Assembly (NCBI RefSeq): GCF_033153115.1
Contig: NW_026889751.1
Coordinates: forward strand, 434,001 to 498,000
Length of the DNA stretch: 64,000 bases
Reading direction: 5' to 3'
Source: Saccostrea echinata
Taxonomy: Eukaryota
Under the pieces are notes generated by a model that was not told the origin of the DNA, searched no databases, and was given only the letters and a program-made list of their open reading frames with translations. Positions 26,301 through 37,400 of the stretch are shown here, one piece after another. The translations under genes were made by a program, and so were the position numbers. Position 1 is the stretch's first letter. The number at the start of each line of letters is the position of its first letter.

Positions 26301-27532
26301 TTTAATAAAAATAGAGGAAATTCTGAAATATGTTGAGCTACAGTCTATATTGAAGTCATGTACATATAATAAGCTTGTCTGTTTTGCTATGCAGTGAAAT
26401 CTTGCACGTCAAGTCTCAACTCTGATATCTCGACACTTCGGATATCTCGACATTTTCCGATGGTCCCGTCGATGTCGAGATACCGAAGTTTACCTGTACT
26501 TGCATAAAAGGAATCTACAGCATATGATTAATTGTAGCCAGTCTGTTGAGAGAAGATATTTCTTTATAACTCTGATTCCTACCAAATTTCACTTACCGGG
26601 TACTTTTTCCAATTAATTGAATGTAAAAGCCCATTTCCAAGTGCCTAAATAGTCTACACAGACCAAACTTGTATAAATGTTGCACAGGGATGCTTACTAC
26701 CAGAATATTTATTAAGTTTGAGACTTTGCATTAAAGATAACATTTGTTGAGATTAGCTTTGTAATCTTTGATTACATACATGTACATGTATGTTTGTGTT
26801 AAGGTCTGATGACACGATCTTCAAATATCTGTTTTGTTTCTCCTTGTAAAATATAAGAAATATTCATAATATTAACATTATCTTGTGATTTCTAAACTGT
26901 TTTCAAAATGTCTTAGAAAATAGATACAACAAAAATTGTTATATTAACAATTCAAGTGATTTCAAATAGGATTATATAGGAACCGCCACCCTCTGGTATC
27001 TTGCACAAATGCTTGGTAAGGTACCTCAATTTTTTGTGAGGAAACTTGTTAGAGTAGCAGTATTTCAATGACAAATTCTTTGGAAAAAAATATGTATTAT
27101 TGAGGAACATATCGTGTGACCTTAAGTTGAAATAGTTTCTGAGGTTTGTGAATTTCAAAATGAAAAACTTTATCCAAGATGAATAACCATGATTAGCAAA
27201 TGCACTGTACATGGTTATTTACAAACTTAATTGCAGAAAGCACAGCTCCAGTGAATGCATATGATAAGAATGGACTAAAAATTGTGATACATTTAGCCAA
27301 GAATAAACCTAGGGAGGATGTCACAGTCATGGTTGTATCTACAATTAGTACGAACACAAACCCAGTCAAGAATTTTGTCTTTCAAGCCGCTGTTCCAAAG
27401 GTATGTAGACCGAGTAGAGGAATGATATTGTAGAACTAAGTCTAAAGAATATGTTTATCCTTTATTTCTTGAACAAGATTAGTATAGTTATCAAAAACCT
27501 TACACATGTAAAGACTAGTCACATGTATTTCA

Positions 27533-27578
<46 letters not shown>

Positions 27579-27640
27579 CATTTTGTCTGTAGTCCGTCTG
27601 TCCGTCTGTCTGTCCGTCTGTCCGTCTGTAAACTTTTCAC

Positions 27641-27695
<55 letters not shown>

Positions 27696-27698
27696 AGT

Positions 27699-27748
<50 letters not shown>

Positions 27749-29695
27749 CTTCCAAGGGGAGATAATTAAGAATTCGTGAAAAATTAATGGCATCATTAAA
27801 AAATCTTCTTCTCAAGAACCACTGTGCTTGAAAACATGAAACTTATGTGGAAGCATCCTCAGGTAGTGTAGATTCAAGTTTGTTCAAATCATGACCCCCG
27901 GGGCTAGGGTGGGGCCGCAATGGGCGATCAAAGTTTTACATAGGAAATATACAGGAAAAATCTTTCAAAATCTTCTTCTCAAGAACAGCAAAGCCATAAT
28001 TGGTCATATTTATATGGTAGCATCCTCAGATAGTGTACATTCAAATTTATTCAAATCATGACCCCCGGGGGTAGGGTGGGGCCACAATGGGCGATCAAAG
28101 TTTTACATAGGAATATATAGGAAAAATCTTTAAACATCTTCTTCTCAAGAACATCAAAGCCATAATTGGTCATATTTACATGGAAGCATCTTCAGGTAGT
28201 GTAGATTCAAATTTGTTCAAATCATGACCCCCGGGGGTCGGGTGGGACCACAATGGGCGATCAAAGTTTTACATAGGAATATATAGGAAAAATCTTTAAA
28301 AATCTTCTTCTCAAGAACAGCAAAGCCATGATTGGTCATATTTACATGGAAGCATCCTCAGATAGTGTACATTCAAATTTATTCAACTCATGACCCCCGG
28401 GGGTCGGGTGGGGCCACAATGGCGATCAAAGTTTTACATAGGAACACATAGTAAAAATCTTCTTCTCAAGAACAGCAAAGCTATGATTGGTCATATTTAT
28501 ATGGTAGCATCCTCAGATAGTGTACATTCAAATTTGTTCAACTCATGACCCCCGGGGGTCGGGTGGGGCCACAATGGGCGATCAAAGTTTTACATAGGAA
28601 CACATAGTAAAAATCTTCTTCTCAAGAACAGCAAAGCCATGATTGGTCATATTTATATGGAAGCATTCTTAGATAGTGTACATTCAAGTTTGTTCAAACA
28701 TGACCCCTGGGGATCGGGTGGGGCCACAATGGGTGATCAAAGTTTTACATAGGAATACATAGGTTAAATCTTTAAAAATCTTCTACTCAAGAACAGCAAA
28801 GCCATGATTGGTCATATCTAAATGGAAGCATCCTCAGACAATGTAGATTCAAATTTGTTCAATTCCTGACCCCCCCCCTCCCAACCACTTTTATATTTAA
28901 ACTTTTCAACCTTTCAAGATTGAAGTGATTTCTGCTTTTTCCTAGCCAAAGTGCTCAGGTGAGCGATGTGGCCCCTGGGCCTCTTGTTGTACAATAACTA
29001 AGACACACAATGGCTGATATTTTTACCCTTGATAATCAGGAAACTTGTGTGTACTGCTTTATTTGTCAGGTGATGAAAGTTAAACTACAGCCCCCTTCAG
29101 CCACTGATCTACCTGCATACAATCCTATTCTCCCACCTGCTGCCATCACTCAAGTTATGTTGCTGGCCAACCCACAAAAGGTAAAGACAGTTATCAAGTC
29201 ATTCCTTATTACAGTCCAAATGAACTGTACTTATATATACTGTCAATTAATAATCTGAAGTAGACTGTCTGTTTGGATAAGATATTATTAGGAATACAGT
29301 AAAACACGCTTATAGCGAACACGCTTATAATAAATTGACACTTAAATTGAAGTTGTTTTCATCCCCCCATTGCTTTAAATATTTTGTGAACTCAACTGAT
29401 ATAACAAATTATGTTTAGAACGAAGCAAAAATATCCCTCCTTGGTGCTTTGTTATAAGCGTGTTTTACTGTATTAAAACCCCATAAAAGAATATTACTAT
29501 TAAAGTAATATACTTGAATGGAAAAAAGTTTTTCTGAATAAACTTGTACCCTGTACAAGTATTTTGATAATTTTGGCACTCATAATTGACTTGTCATTTC
29601 AGGAAAAAGTGCGATTAAAATTCAAGATATCTTACAATGTAAATGGAGAGAATCTATCTGATGTTGGAGAGGTGGACAATTTTACAGTGTTATAA
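11303..29695 (+). CDS. GGA1: ADP-ribosylation factor-binding protein GGA (VHS-GAT-hinge-GAE clathrin adaptor), ~678 aa
   Basis: 17 exons: 11303-11339, 14985-15145, 15327-15425, 15640-15798, 16813-16878, 16978-17058, 17179-17316, 17410-17494, 18214-18309, 19300-19410, 20394-20479, 20975-21182, 21995-22136, 23760-23959, 27237-27400, 29070-29180, 29603-29695 (2037 nt, phases consistent). VHS (ATNPANRDEDW, VGKFRFLNEMIKVVSPKYLG), GAT (FEDEEKSKLLAKLLKSKNPQDLQAANRLIKNMV), hinge LLDL and DEELL motifs, GAE (FQAAVPKVMKVKLQPPSATDLPAYNPILPPAAITQVMLLANP). Probably co-orthologous to vertebrate GGA1/2/3. Confidence 0.95.
11519..12177. mobile_element. TIR MITE with ~90-bp TIRs, CAGG...CCTG ends and an apparent 5-bp TSD
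   Basis: caggtccagtacaatcagtacatttagctacgtagc... is inverted at ...gctacgtagctaaatctagtgattgtaccagacctg. The sequence atgta flanks both ends. Confidence 0.85.
12261..12632. mobile_element. Degenerate TIR element with a terminal hairpin
   Basis: tagagtacgtcccatatacttgcaatgtagc resembles the reverse complement of gctacattgccaatacacggaacgaattcta (ends ~12587). It is followed by the hairpin ttctatcgttaaa...tttaacgatagaa. Confidence 0.5.
12642..13607 (-). mobile_element. HINE-type element, family 'gtcccctaccgg', copy 2 (different cargo)
   Basis: aacaagcattctgagagtattgcataagcaatacatgtcccctaccgg ... (GACA)n at 13495-13558 ... aaacctatagtcccctacattttcaccggtaggggactaat. Two ~190-bp internal repeats start at gacaacctcgtttt (~13090 and ~13278). 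Confidence 0.85.
17600..18028. mobile_element. Hairpin-core non-autonomous element
   Basis: A 150-bp inverted repeat at 17600-17749 centred on ccgaggtggcgaagccgccgagg, then a tail bounded by inverted ttttattatac / gtataataaaa. Confidence 0.7.
18655..19048. mobile_element. hAT-like MITE
   Basis: TIRs TAGGGATG / CATCCCTA. The 8-bp flanks aattttta / gattttta match at 7 of 8 positions, consistent with a hAT TSD. Subterminal tatcg/cgat repeats. Confidence 0.75.
19470..20185 (+). mobile_element. Degraded HINE of the same family as 9318-10470
   Basis: Shares the 5' motif gcatttagtgtttgtcatgtcc plus a ctgtc microsatellite, and the 3' motif ggggcattcatgtc...catattt. Confidence 0.5.
20550..20791. mobile_element. 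Short TIR MITE
   Basis: gagttattccccttggccaccatgttgaag is inverted at ctccaatatggcagccaaagggaaataactc. Confidence 0.7.
22168..23532 (+). mobile_element. HINE/pearl-type element with diverged ~160-170-bp repeats
   Basis: 5' taggtcacctgagtcatacaggtgacctattgcta hairpin, repeats containing gtgaaaatgca...aaaatcttct...atgagcaagggtgcct, 3' aggcccttgggtctc stem. Same family as 31535-33786. Confidence 0.8.
24070..24222 (-). mobile_element. Truncated remnant of the pearl/CvA-like family
   Basis: gcccttcatttgaacaaac...cctttacccaaggatac...gacagacagac is the reverse complement of the 5' part of 27535-28988. Confidence 0.65.
24578..25060 (+). mobile_element. HINE-type element, family 'gtcccctaccgg', copy 3
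   Basis: tattagtcccctaccggtgaaaccggaggggactataggtttcc, (GTCT)n, two ~146-bp repeats, then ccggtaggggactagtattgctaatgcaatactctcagaatgcttg. Confidence 0.88.
25395..26496. mobile_element. Tc1/mariner (pogo/Tigger-like) non-autonomous element
   Basis: Perfect 21-bp TIRs CAGGTAAACTTCGGTATCTCG / CGAGATACCGAAGTTTACCTG with a TA TSD. Subterminal gatatgtcgac repeats. No transposase ORF. Confidence 0.88.
27535..28988 (+). mobile_element. pearl/CvA-like HINE carrying a 155-167-bp satellite-like array (Cg170/HindIII-type)
   Basis: 5' ttagctcacctgagccgaaggctcaagtgagctt, then a gtccgtct microsatellite, about 6-7 units (atgacccc at 27891, 28058, 28223, 28390, 28545, 28700), and 3' caggtgagcgatgtggcccctgggcctcttgtt. 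The family name comes from recall of oyster repeats, not a search. Confidence 0.88.
29297..29470. mobile_element. Short Tigger-like MITE
   Basis: TA-CAGTAAAACACGCTTATA ... TATAAGCGTGTTTTACTG-TA. Confidence 0.85.
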
Positions 29696-31534
29696 TACTA
29701 GAACAAATATTTTTTCACATTGTGATGGGGAAAGTGCAAGTATGGATGTTATGCATGTGAAAGGTGATTATAATTCTCATTCTTTAAGAACAAAAGGTGC
29801 TTGTTAGTGTGTTATGTTTGCTTGGTGCCTAATTCTATAAATTTTCAACTGCATAAGTGTTGAAGAAAAGTTTTCTGATTAGACAGTATGCTGTACTGGT
29901 ATTTGTTGTATCGTCTTTTAAAATAAATACCTTTGTTATCGGATATTTGTATTTGGAGGGTGTTTTCACTGGTTGAAATTACAATAACATGTACATGTAG
30001 CAACTTTTACTAGACTTGATAGGTATTATTATTATCTCTGTGAATATTAACTGCAGCATTTGTTAGCCCCCAAAATGAACATGGTTTACGCTGCAAAACC
30101 TTACATGCACCTTCCAAGAAATAGCGGTTTTCAGTCAGGAAATTGATGTACTGTTTAGCCCCCACAATCCATTTGTTTAGTATTCATTTCATATAGAAAT
30201 TCAAAACATGAATTATACAACATTCCATATATCATAGAAAGTTGTTAAATATGATTTGATATCAGTTTCATATCCTTGTACATCGCAAAAAAAAACCAAA
30301 ACAACAACAACAAAACAGACAATTTTATAATGGAAATAAAGTTCTGAAGTAGGTTAAACATGCTTCTTGTGTTTCGTGTACTGAATTTCAGAGTGGTGCC
30401 AGGGCATATAAAAAACATAGAGGTAATTCAATGTGTCATTTGGTTGATAATTTCCCTGTATAGTTTTTTTGTTATAGATAAAAACGGGGAAACAAAAACA
30501 TGGATATATATTTCTATATTCTAGGGGGCATTGTTATTTTTTTGTTGTCATCTTAAAACGTTGAAATATTTTTCTATAAAGTTACAAAAGTTTACCTCTT
30601 TTTAAAAAAATAGTCCTGGTGTTAGTTTTTGTTAGAGCTCATTTTTCATGATTACACATACAGCAAGAAAATCTCTTTTGCCTGCATTTTTGCTGATGAA
30701 ATTTCTGCATTCATTGTTATCACTACAAGATGTATTAAATATAAACCACTTAATTTAATTCCATTCCAAAGTAAACTGCCTCACATCCCTCAGAAACTGA
30801 ACTTTATTGAGATTTTCCATGTATGTACTTGTGCTACGCTATGATTTCACAGTCTATATAAGGAATATTTTATACAACATACATACATGTTTTTTAAAAC
30901 TTCAGAAGTTAAACATATTCATGTTACTGAAAATTTTACATGTACAACATTAGTGTTAAAACTATGTGTATACTCATTACTTGTACATGTAATGATCAAT
31001 GGGCTTAAATTATAAAGTTTTATATTATACACTGTACATCTCATTACATGTCCATGTGTACTTTTTATGTGAACATGAATAAATTTCTGAGTAATATTAA
31101 AAGTGTGTGTTCCAAAATTATTTCTCGTCTCTTAATATTGAGAAAGAAGCAAACATAGCATACAATAAGAACATCACAGTGTGAATAAAACTGTAAAAGA
31201 TGCAATATAGGGATTATTAATCAAATTTTTAAAGTGCCATCTTGAAATTATTTTCCAAAATGTCATATTTTATAGTAAATGTACATGATTGTACTTAACG
31301 TTGAACGTGTTCAAAGATATTAACCAGCTGAATCCCAAACTTCACAATTTAAAGGCACTGGTGTGAGGTATCCTAAGTCTGTCAATGCAATTTGTCACTA
31401 TCACAGTATTATGTATCATAAAAATTCTTGTATAAATCTCTTATACAATTGACCATTTAATTACATTATTCACAGTGATTAACTGTCATAGGCAAATAGA
31501 AAAGGGAAATAACTTCTCTCAGTAGAATAAAAAT

Positions 31535-33786
31535 AGAGCCCTGCCAGCACCAAAACACTTGACCAAGTGGTCCAGAATTTCAAAACCTGGTAAAAATACC
31601 CTGCTTATTACAAATTTGTACCATGTTTCCTCCTGGAACAGAGAAGATGATTTGCATAGAAATAATGCATTTTCACTAAAGATTCAACACAGCCCCACCC
31701 TAACAGTAGAGCCCATGACTGAGGGGCCATGAAAATCAAAATTTTGTAAGAGGCACACTTGCTTATCATAACTATGCATTTAGTTGAAGATTTTCAAAGA
31801 ATTAATGCCTTTTCACCATATAATCAATAGAACTCCACCCTAACACAAGAACCCTGACCCTGGGGCCATTAATTTGACAATTTTTGAAAAGGCACCCATG
31901 CTCAACAAACACTGCAATTAGTTTGTTTGCTTAATACCTAAGAGCAGGGAAGAAGATTTTCAAAGAATGTATTTTCACCATATATTCAATATAGTCCCAA
32001 TCTTACACCATAGACCCTAACCCAGGGGCCAAGAAGTTAACAATTTTGGAAGAGGTACTCTTGCTCATTATAACTATGCAATATTAAGTATGTTTGCTAA
32101 AACCCTAGGGGCAGAGCAGAAGACTATGAAAAAACAATGCATTTTCACTATATATTCAATAGAGCCCAATAGAATTAACACCAAATTCCCTGGTTCAGGG
32201 GCTATGAATTTCACACTTTAGGAAGAAACACCATTGTTCATCATTTCCATGCACAAAGTTTATCTGCTAAATACCCAGGAGCAGAGAAGATTTTCAAAGA
32301 AATAATGCATTTTCAATATGTAATCCATAGAACCACGTCCTAACACCAGATCCTCTGACCCAGGGGCATGAAATTCACAATTTTGGAAGATGCACCGATG
32401 CTCATCTTACCAATGCATTTAGTTTTTTGCTTAATAATCAGGAGCAGAGAAGATTCCAAAGAAATAATGCATTTTCACTACATAATCAATATAGCCCCCT
32501 CCATCCCCAACACCAGAACCCCTGACCCTGATGCCACAGATTTTACGCAATTTTGTTTATCTGCTAAGTATACAGGAGCATAAAAATAGATTTTCAAAGA
32601 AATAATGCATTTTTTACTACTTGTATATAAGTAACAGAACCCCCCACTCCCCCAACAAACTTTGGGTCACACAATGTTAAGTGGCACCTTTGCTCATCAC
32701 TATGCACGTAGTTTATCTGCTAAATACCCAGGAGCAGAGAGGAAGATTATCAAAGTCACTTTTTATCAATAGAACCCCACCCTAACACCAGAGCCTCTGA
32801 CCCTGGGAGAATTAATTTCACAATTTTAGAAGAGGCACCTTGCTCATCATGACATTGAATTAAATTTGTTTGCTTAATACCCATGAGCAGAGAGGAAGAT
32901 TTTCAAAGAAATAGTTCTCACTAAATAATCAATACCTAACACCAGAGCCCCTGACCCAGGGGCTGAGAAATTCACAATTCAGCACCCTTGCTCATCATAA
33001 CCATGTACTAAGCATGTTTGCTAAAAACATAAAGGCAGATCAGAAGAATATCAAAGAAACAATGCATCTTCACTATATACTCAACAGAGCCCCACCCAAA
33101 CAAAAAAACCTGGTCCAGGGGCTTTAAATTTCCGAATTTTAAGAGTGGCACATTTGCTCATCATAACCAGGCACCTAGTTTATCTGCTAAATACCCAGGT
33201 GCAGAGAAGATGATTTTCAAAGCAATAAGGCATTTTCACTATATTATCAACAGAACCCTTACACCAGGACCCCTGACCAAGGGGCCATGTAATTCACAAT
33301 TTTGGAAGAGGTACCCTTCCTCATCAACACTATGCACAAAGTTTGTTTGCTTAATACCAAGGAGCAGAGAAGATGATTTCAAAGCAGTTATGACCTTTCA
33401 TTATCTGATCGAGCCCCACCCGAACTCCAGGACCCCTGACCCTGGGGCCATGAATTTCACAATTTTGGTAGAGGGCTCAATGCTGATTACAATCACACCA
33501 ACAGTTTGACTGATTGATGTCCAGGAGTAAAGAAGATTTTAAAAGATAGCACTAATTTTGGTGATTTTAGCCCACCAACCCCTCAGGTCCGAGGGGGGTG
33601 GGGACCATGAAATTCACAATTTCATTCCCATCTACCCATAGATGCTACCTGCCAAAATTGGTTGAAATTGGTTCAGCAGTTGCAGAGAAGCTGAAAATGT
33701 TAAAATGTTAACACACTACGAATGATGCATGGCGACAGACAAAAACAGATAGCAATAGGTCACCTGAGTGACCAAGGTGACCTAAA
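31535..33786 (-). mobile_element. Large HINE with about 12 diverged ~160-bp repeats, between the GGA and AP5Z1 3' ends
   Basis: Ends tagcaataggtcacctgagtgaccaaggtgacctaaaa, the reverse complement of the 22168 element's 5' end. Repeats contain aatgcattttcacta...cctgaccc..gggc...cacaattt. The left boundary is approximate. Confidence 0.8.
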
Positions 33787-34453
33787 ATGCCTAAAAGATT
33801 CTGTTTGTTTTGGTCTGTAAAAAATACATAACAACAAAATGTTCATGAACATTTTAATATAAATATTAAGTAATATAAATAAAAATTGATGTACGTTCAT
33901 CAAAAAAAAATTGCACTGTCCCCTTACAATTGTTCTAGGAAAAATTTATCTATGACTATGGATTCATAGAAATGTATGAAATTAGAAGAAACTTGATGTG
34001 TTTGTGAAACACTGATGCCTTTGGTAGCAAACTATATGCATGTACATTGTAGATATAGAAGTTTGATACTGGAATTCACTTTTAAGGCCTTAATTTGACT
34101 ATATACCTTGACCCTGACCTCAATTATTATGACCAAATATGAAGATTTTATATAGTTCAAGGTTAAAGTCCTGGACAGAGAGAAAGACCAAAATCAACTT
34201 TTAGTCTTCAATATTTGGTGTATTGAAGAACATGTACCCGGTAAATTACTCTGAAAATTGCATTTGGGGGGGGGGATAACTTTTGTTGTTTTTGTGGTAT
34301 AGAGAGACCCACAGATTTATGTCCTCAGTATCATGCTTGTCAACTATACTTAACTCTGAAATCAATTCCAATATTTTTTTTCTTAAATCCCCATGAAAAT
34401 AAGTTATTTTTCGGTATACATAGACAATTGTGATTGATATTCCTATTAAGAAG

Positions 34454-37400
34454 CTATGATAACACATGTTGGATTCCCCTGAGGGTAATAGGTAAACTTG
34501 TATTGTCTCTGTGCCACCTTCCAGTCTCTATGTCATCATCAGGGTTAAACACAACATTGGCAAAACTACAATAAAAATACAGATTGCTAGAATACAACTC
34601 TCATAGTAAGAGTGTTACATGTGAAAATTTTACTAAAATTGTGATGAAATTTAAAAACATGCACCCTGTTATATTCCTGATGGGCCAAAATAGAGCTTCA
34701 ACTTAAAAATATTATCTAATGGGGAGCTCTCATGGCCAACAGGGAAAATATGCAAGCAACTTAAAGTTCAAGGATACTGTGTTAAGAGAGATAACTCTAA
34801 ACTGGAAAACTAGTTAAAATTTTGCTCACAAGCTAAACTTTTTTGCATTTTACTTATAAAATACCTTTCTTTTGGAAAATCATCAGCATTGAAGCAACAC
34901 TTTTAAGTTATATGATTGAACAAAGGGATTATGAACCTTAAGTGTTGTAGATTTACTGCTGAATGTAAAGCCTAACAACTCCATAAAGGACACCATAAAT
35001 TCAAAATTTAAAATTTCTCATTGATGACTCAGGTTAGTATTGTGGTTAAAGGGTCTTTCCCGGGTGATTTTTAGTTGAGTTCAATTCTTCTTCAGAGCTT
35101 GAACTCTTGACCATAAGAAATGTAAAAGATACAAACTTTGGAAGTTTAAGAAGGTTGATGAGTTCCTGTGCCCTTCCAACCAGTGCATCCTTTACTTCTG
35201 TATCCAAGTAACCAGCTTGCTGCTGCTTAGCAACCTTAGTCAGGAGAAGAATTGATCGAGGAATCAGGTCTTGACATTTGGAAGCTAACTAAAGAAAGAA
35301 TTTCAACAAATCATGAACAGATTAGACACTGCATATACACGTATATTGTGAGAATGCACATGATTATTGTATTATTAAGCAGCTGTGATGACCAACCTTT
35401 GATATTGCTGACATTAACATGCAAATGATTTTTGAGGAATCTGCAAATCCTTCATCTGTAGATGTCATCCCTGAGAGTTCATAAGACAACACCTCAAGTG
35501 TATCAAAAAATCTTGTAATTGTTTCAGCTGAGCATCTTTTGTCATGCTTGACTGAGCATAACTCACCAACACACCAAACCTACATAGAAATTGAAGAGAA
35601 TGTTTTGTGACTTTTTGCATCAAATGTGGCAAAAAAATATTCTGACAGTTAAGAATTTGTTATATTCAATCACAAAAAAAAAAAATTTCTTTTGATCAAG
35701 TTCAGTTTGATAAGTCACAGTAACTCACATTTTATTTAAATTTAAAGTAAAACTGTGCTTAAACTGTATAAAAGATGAGAGGCACTAGAAAAGAAAAGCT
35801 GACCAGATTTGCAAAGAATTCCTCTCGTTCTGAAATATTCCTTGGACTTATGAGGAAATCTTTAATTTCTGAGGCCTGATCCAAAATTATTCCTGGATGC
35901 TTCTTCAAAAGATGCACCAAATTTTCTGACAAAACCCTATAAATCAAAGTATTCCCTATCAAAAAATTGCCAGGAATAGGCCTCAATGTTGTATATTTAC
36001 AGAACTACAGCTACACTGGATAATTAATGTATAGACTGACTTTTTGACATCTGCTTGATAGCCTGGAATACTGTACAATGAAGCTGTTCTCTCTAGAAGG
36101 ACTGGAATTAACTGAGACCCAAACTCTGATGAGGCATCCTCCAATACAACATCAAACCAAATCCTGAAACATAAAAGACACATACATGTACTGTATTGTT
36201 CTCCTAAAATCAAATATGTGACTAAGTAATTCCATATATTCACCTTATCTATATTTCATTTCTATCATTTCTTTAGGAGAGTAGCAAACACGCTTTTGTA
36301 AACTTATACCGAATAACGGTTTCTTTAGTGGGTGCAAAATTTGTCAATTTCCTCACTCAAAAGGTGTGCTAATAATTTTGGCTTCACCTCGCCAAGTATA
36401 AAATTTACTTACTAGGTATCATCCCCCACCTGGTCACTACAAAACTTTGTAACAAAAATTACCCCACTGATAACATAATTATATATTCAGGTGTCTACTG
36501 CTTGTAAAATTGTTTCTCCCTGCAATATGTTTCATTACTCCTGTATCATTCTCCTAAAAATCAAATATTTATGTGCCTTTAGATTATGAAGTATATATCT
36601 GCATGCCCCCCCCCCCCTTTTTTTTTTCCAAACTTCCAACAAAACAATTCTCTTTTGTCAAACATGTTACAATGCAAGAAAAAAAAATAGTAAAATACAG
36701 GGTTCCTTTTCAGCTCTTGTTTTACATAAAAAAGAAGAAGAGCACATGTAGCATACTGAATGTTCACAGATATAAAAAAAAATTCAATTTTTTTTTTTTT
36801 ACGATAATACAATTTGACCTTTCGAACAGGAACAGGTTAACCTAGACATGTACATGTAGTTCTAAGTCATACCCAGAAGCCTTACACTGTGTTTGATACT
36901 GAAGAGACAATATCACAATTTTATTGATGGTGTGGGCATCATGCACAATATGAATTCAAACATATACTTTTAAGTCAGAGATATGGCTCTGACAATATCT
37001 AAAAATACTACATTGTAGTCCAGATGAACCTTGCACCTGAAGGTTTGTTCACTACATAACCAAAGTTAAAACAAAAACATGTAAAATATGATCAATGTTC
37101 AGTTAGACCACATTTAAAGTCAAAATCAAAAAAGATTTTTAATTTGAGGGGTCTCAATAGTGAAGTGAAGCTCATTACCCAGGAATTGTTTAAAGTACCT
37201 GGTACATGTATGTTGAATATGAATGAATAGGTCAAGCAATCACAGGCATGCAATGGAGATGTTAAGACAGCAACTATATGCTCCTCTTTTAGAAAGCATA
37301 ATGAAATCTTAAAGAGCAAGAACAAGAAGACATTCTAACCTTAACAAAACAGGCACAATCTGAGAGCAGACAACCACTCGTGGATGCTGGTTCATATCCC

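Noticed and set aside
32368-33509. Short ORFs inside HINE repeats (also 22198-23273, 27451-27815, 60154-60666)
   Set aside because: They are translations of non-coding tandem repeats with no Rep/helicase or transposase motifs.
35046-35136. Open reading into the last AP5Z1 intron (30 extra codons)
   Set aside because: The spliced terminal exon 34565-34454 restores the conserved C-terminus, and read-through of this length is expected by chance.
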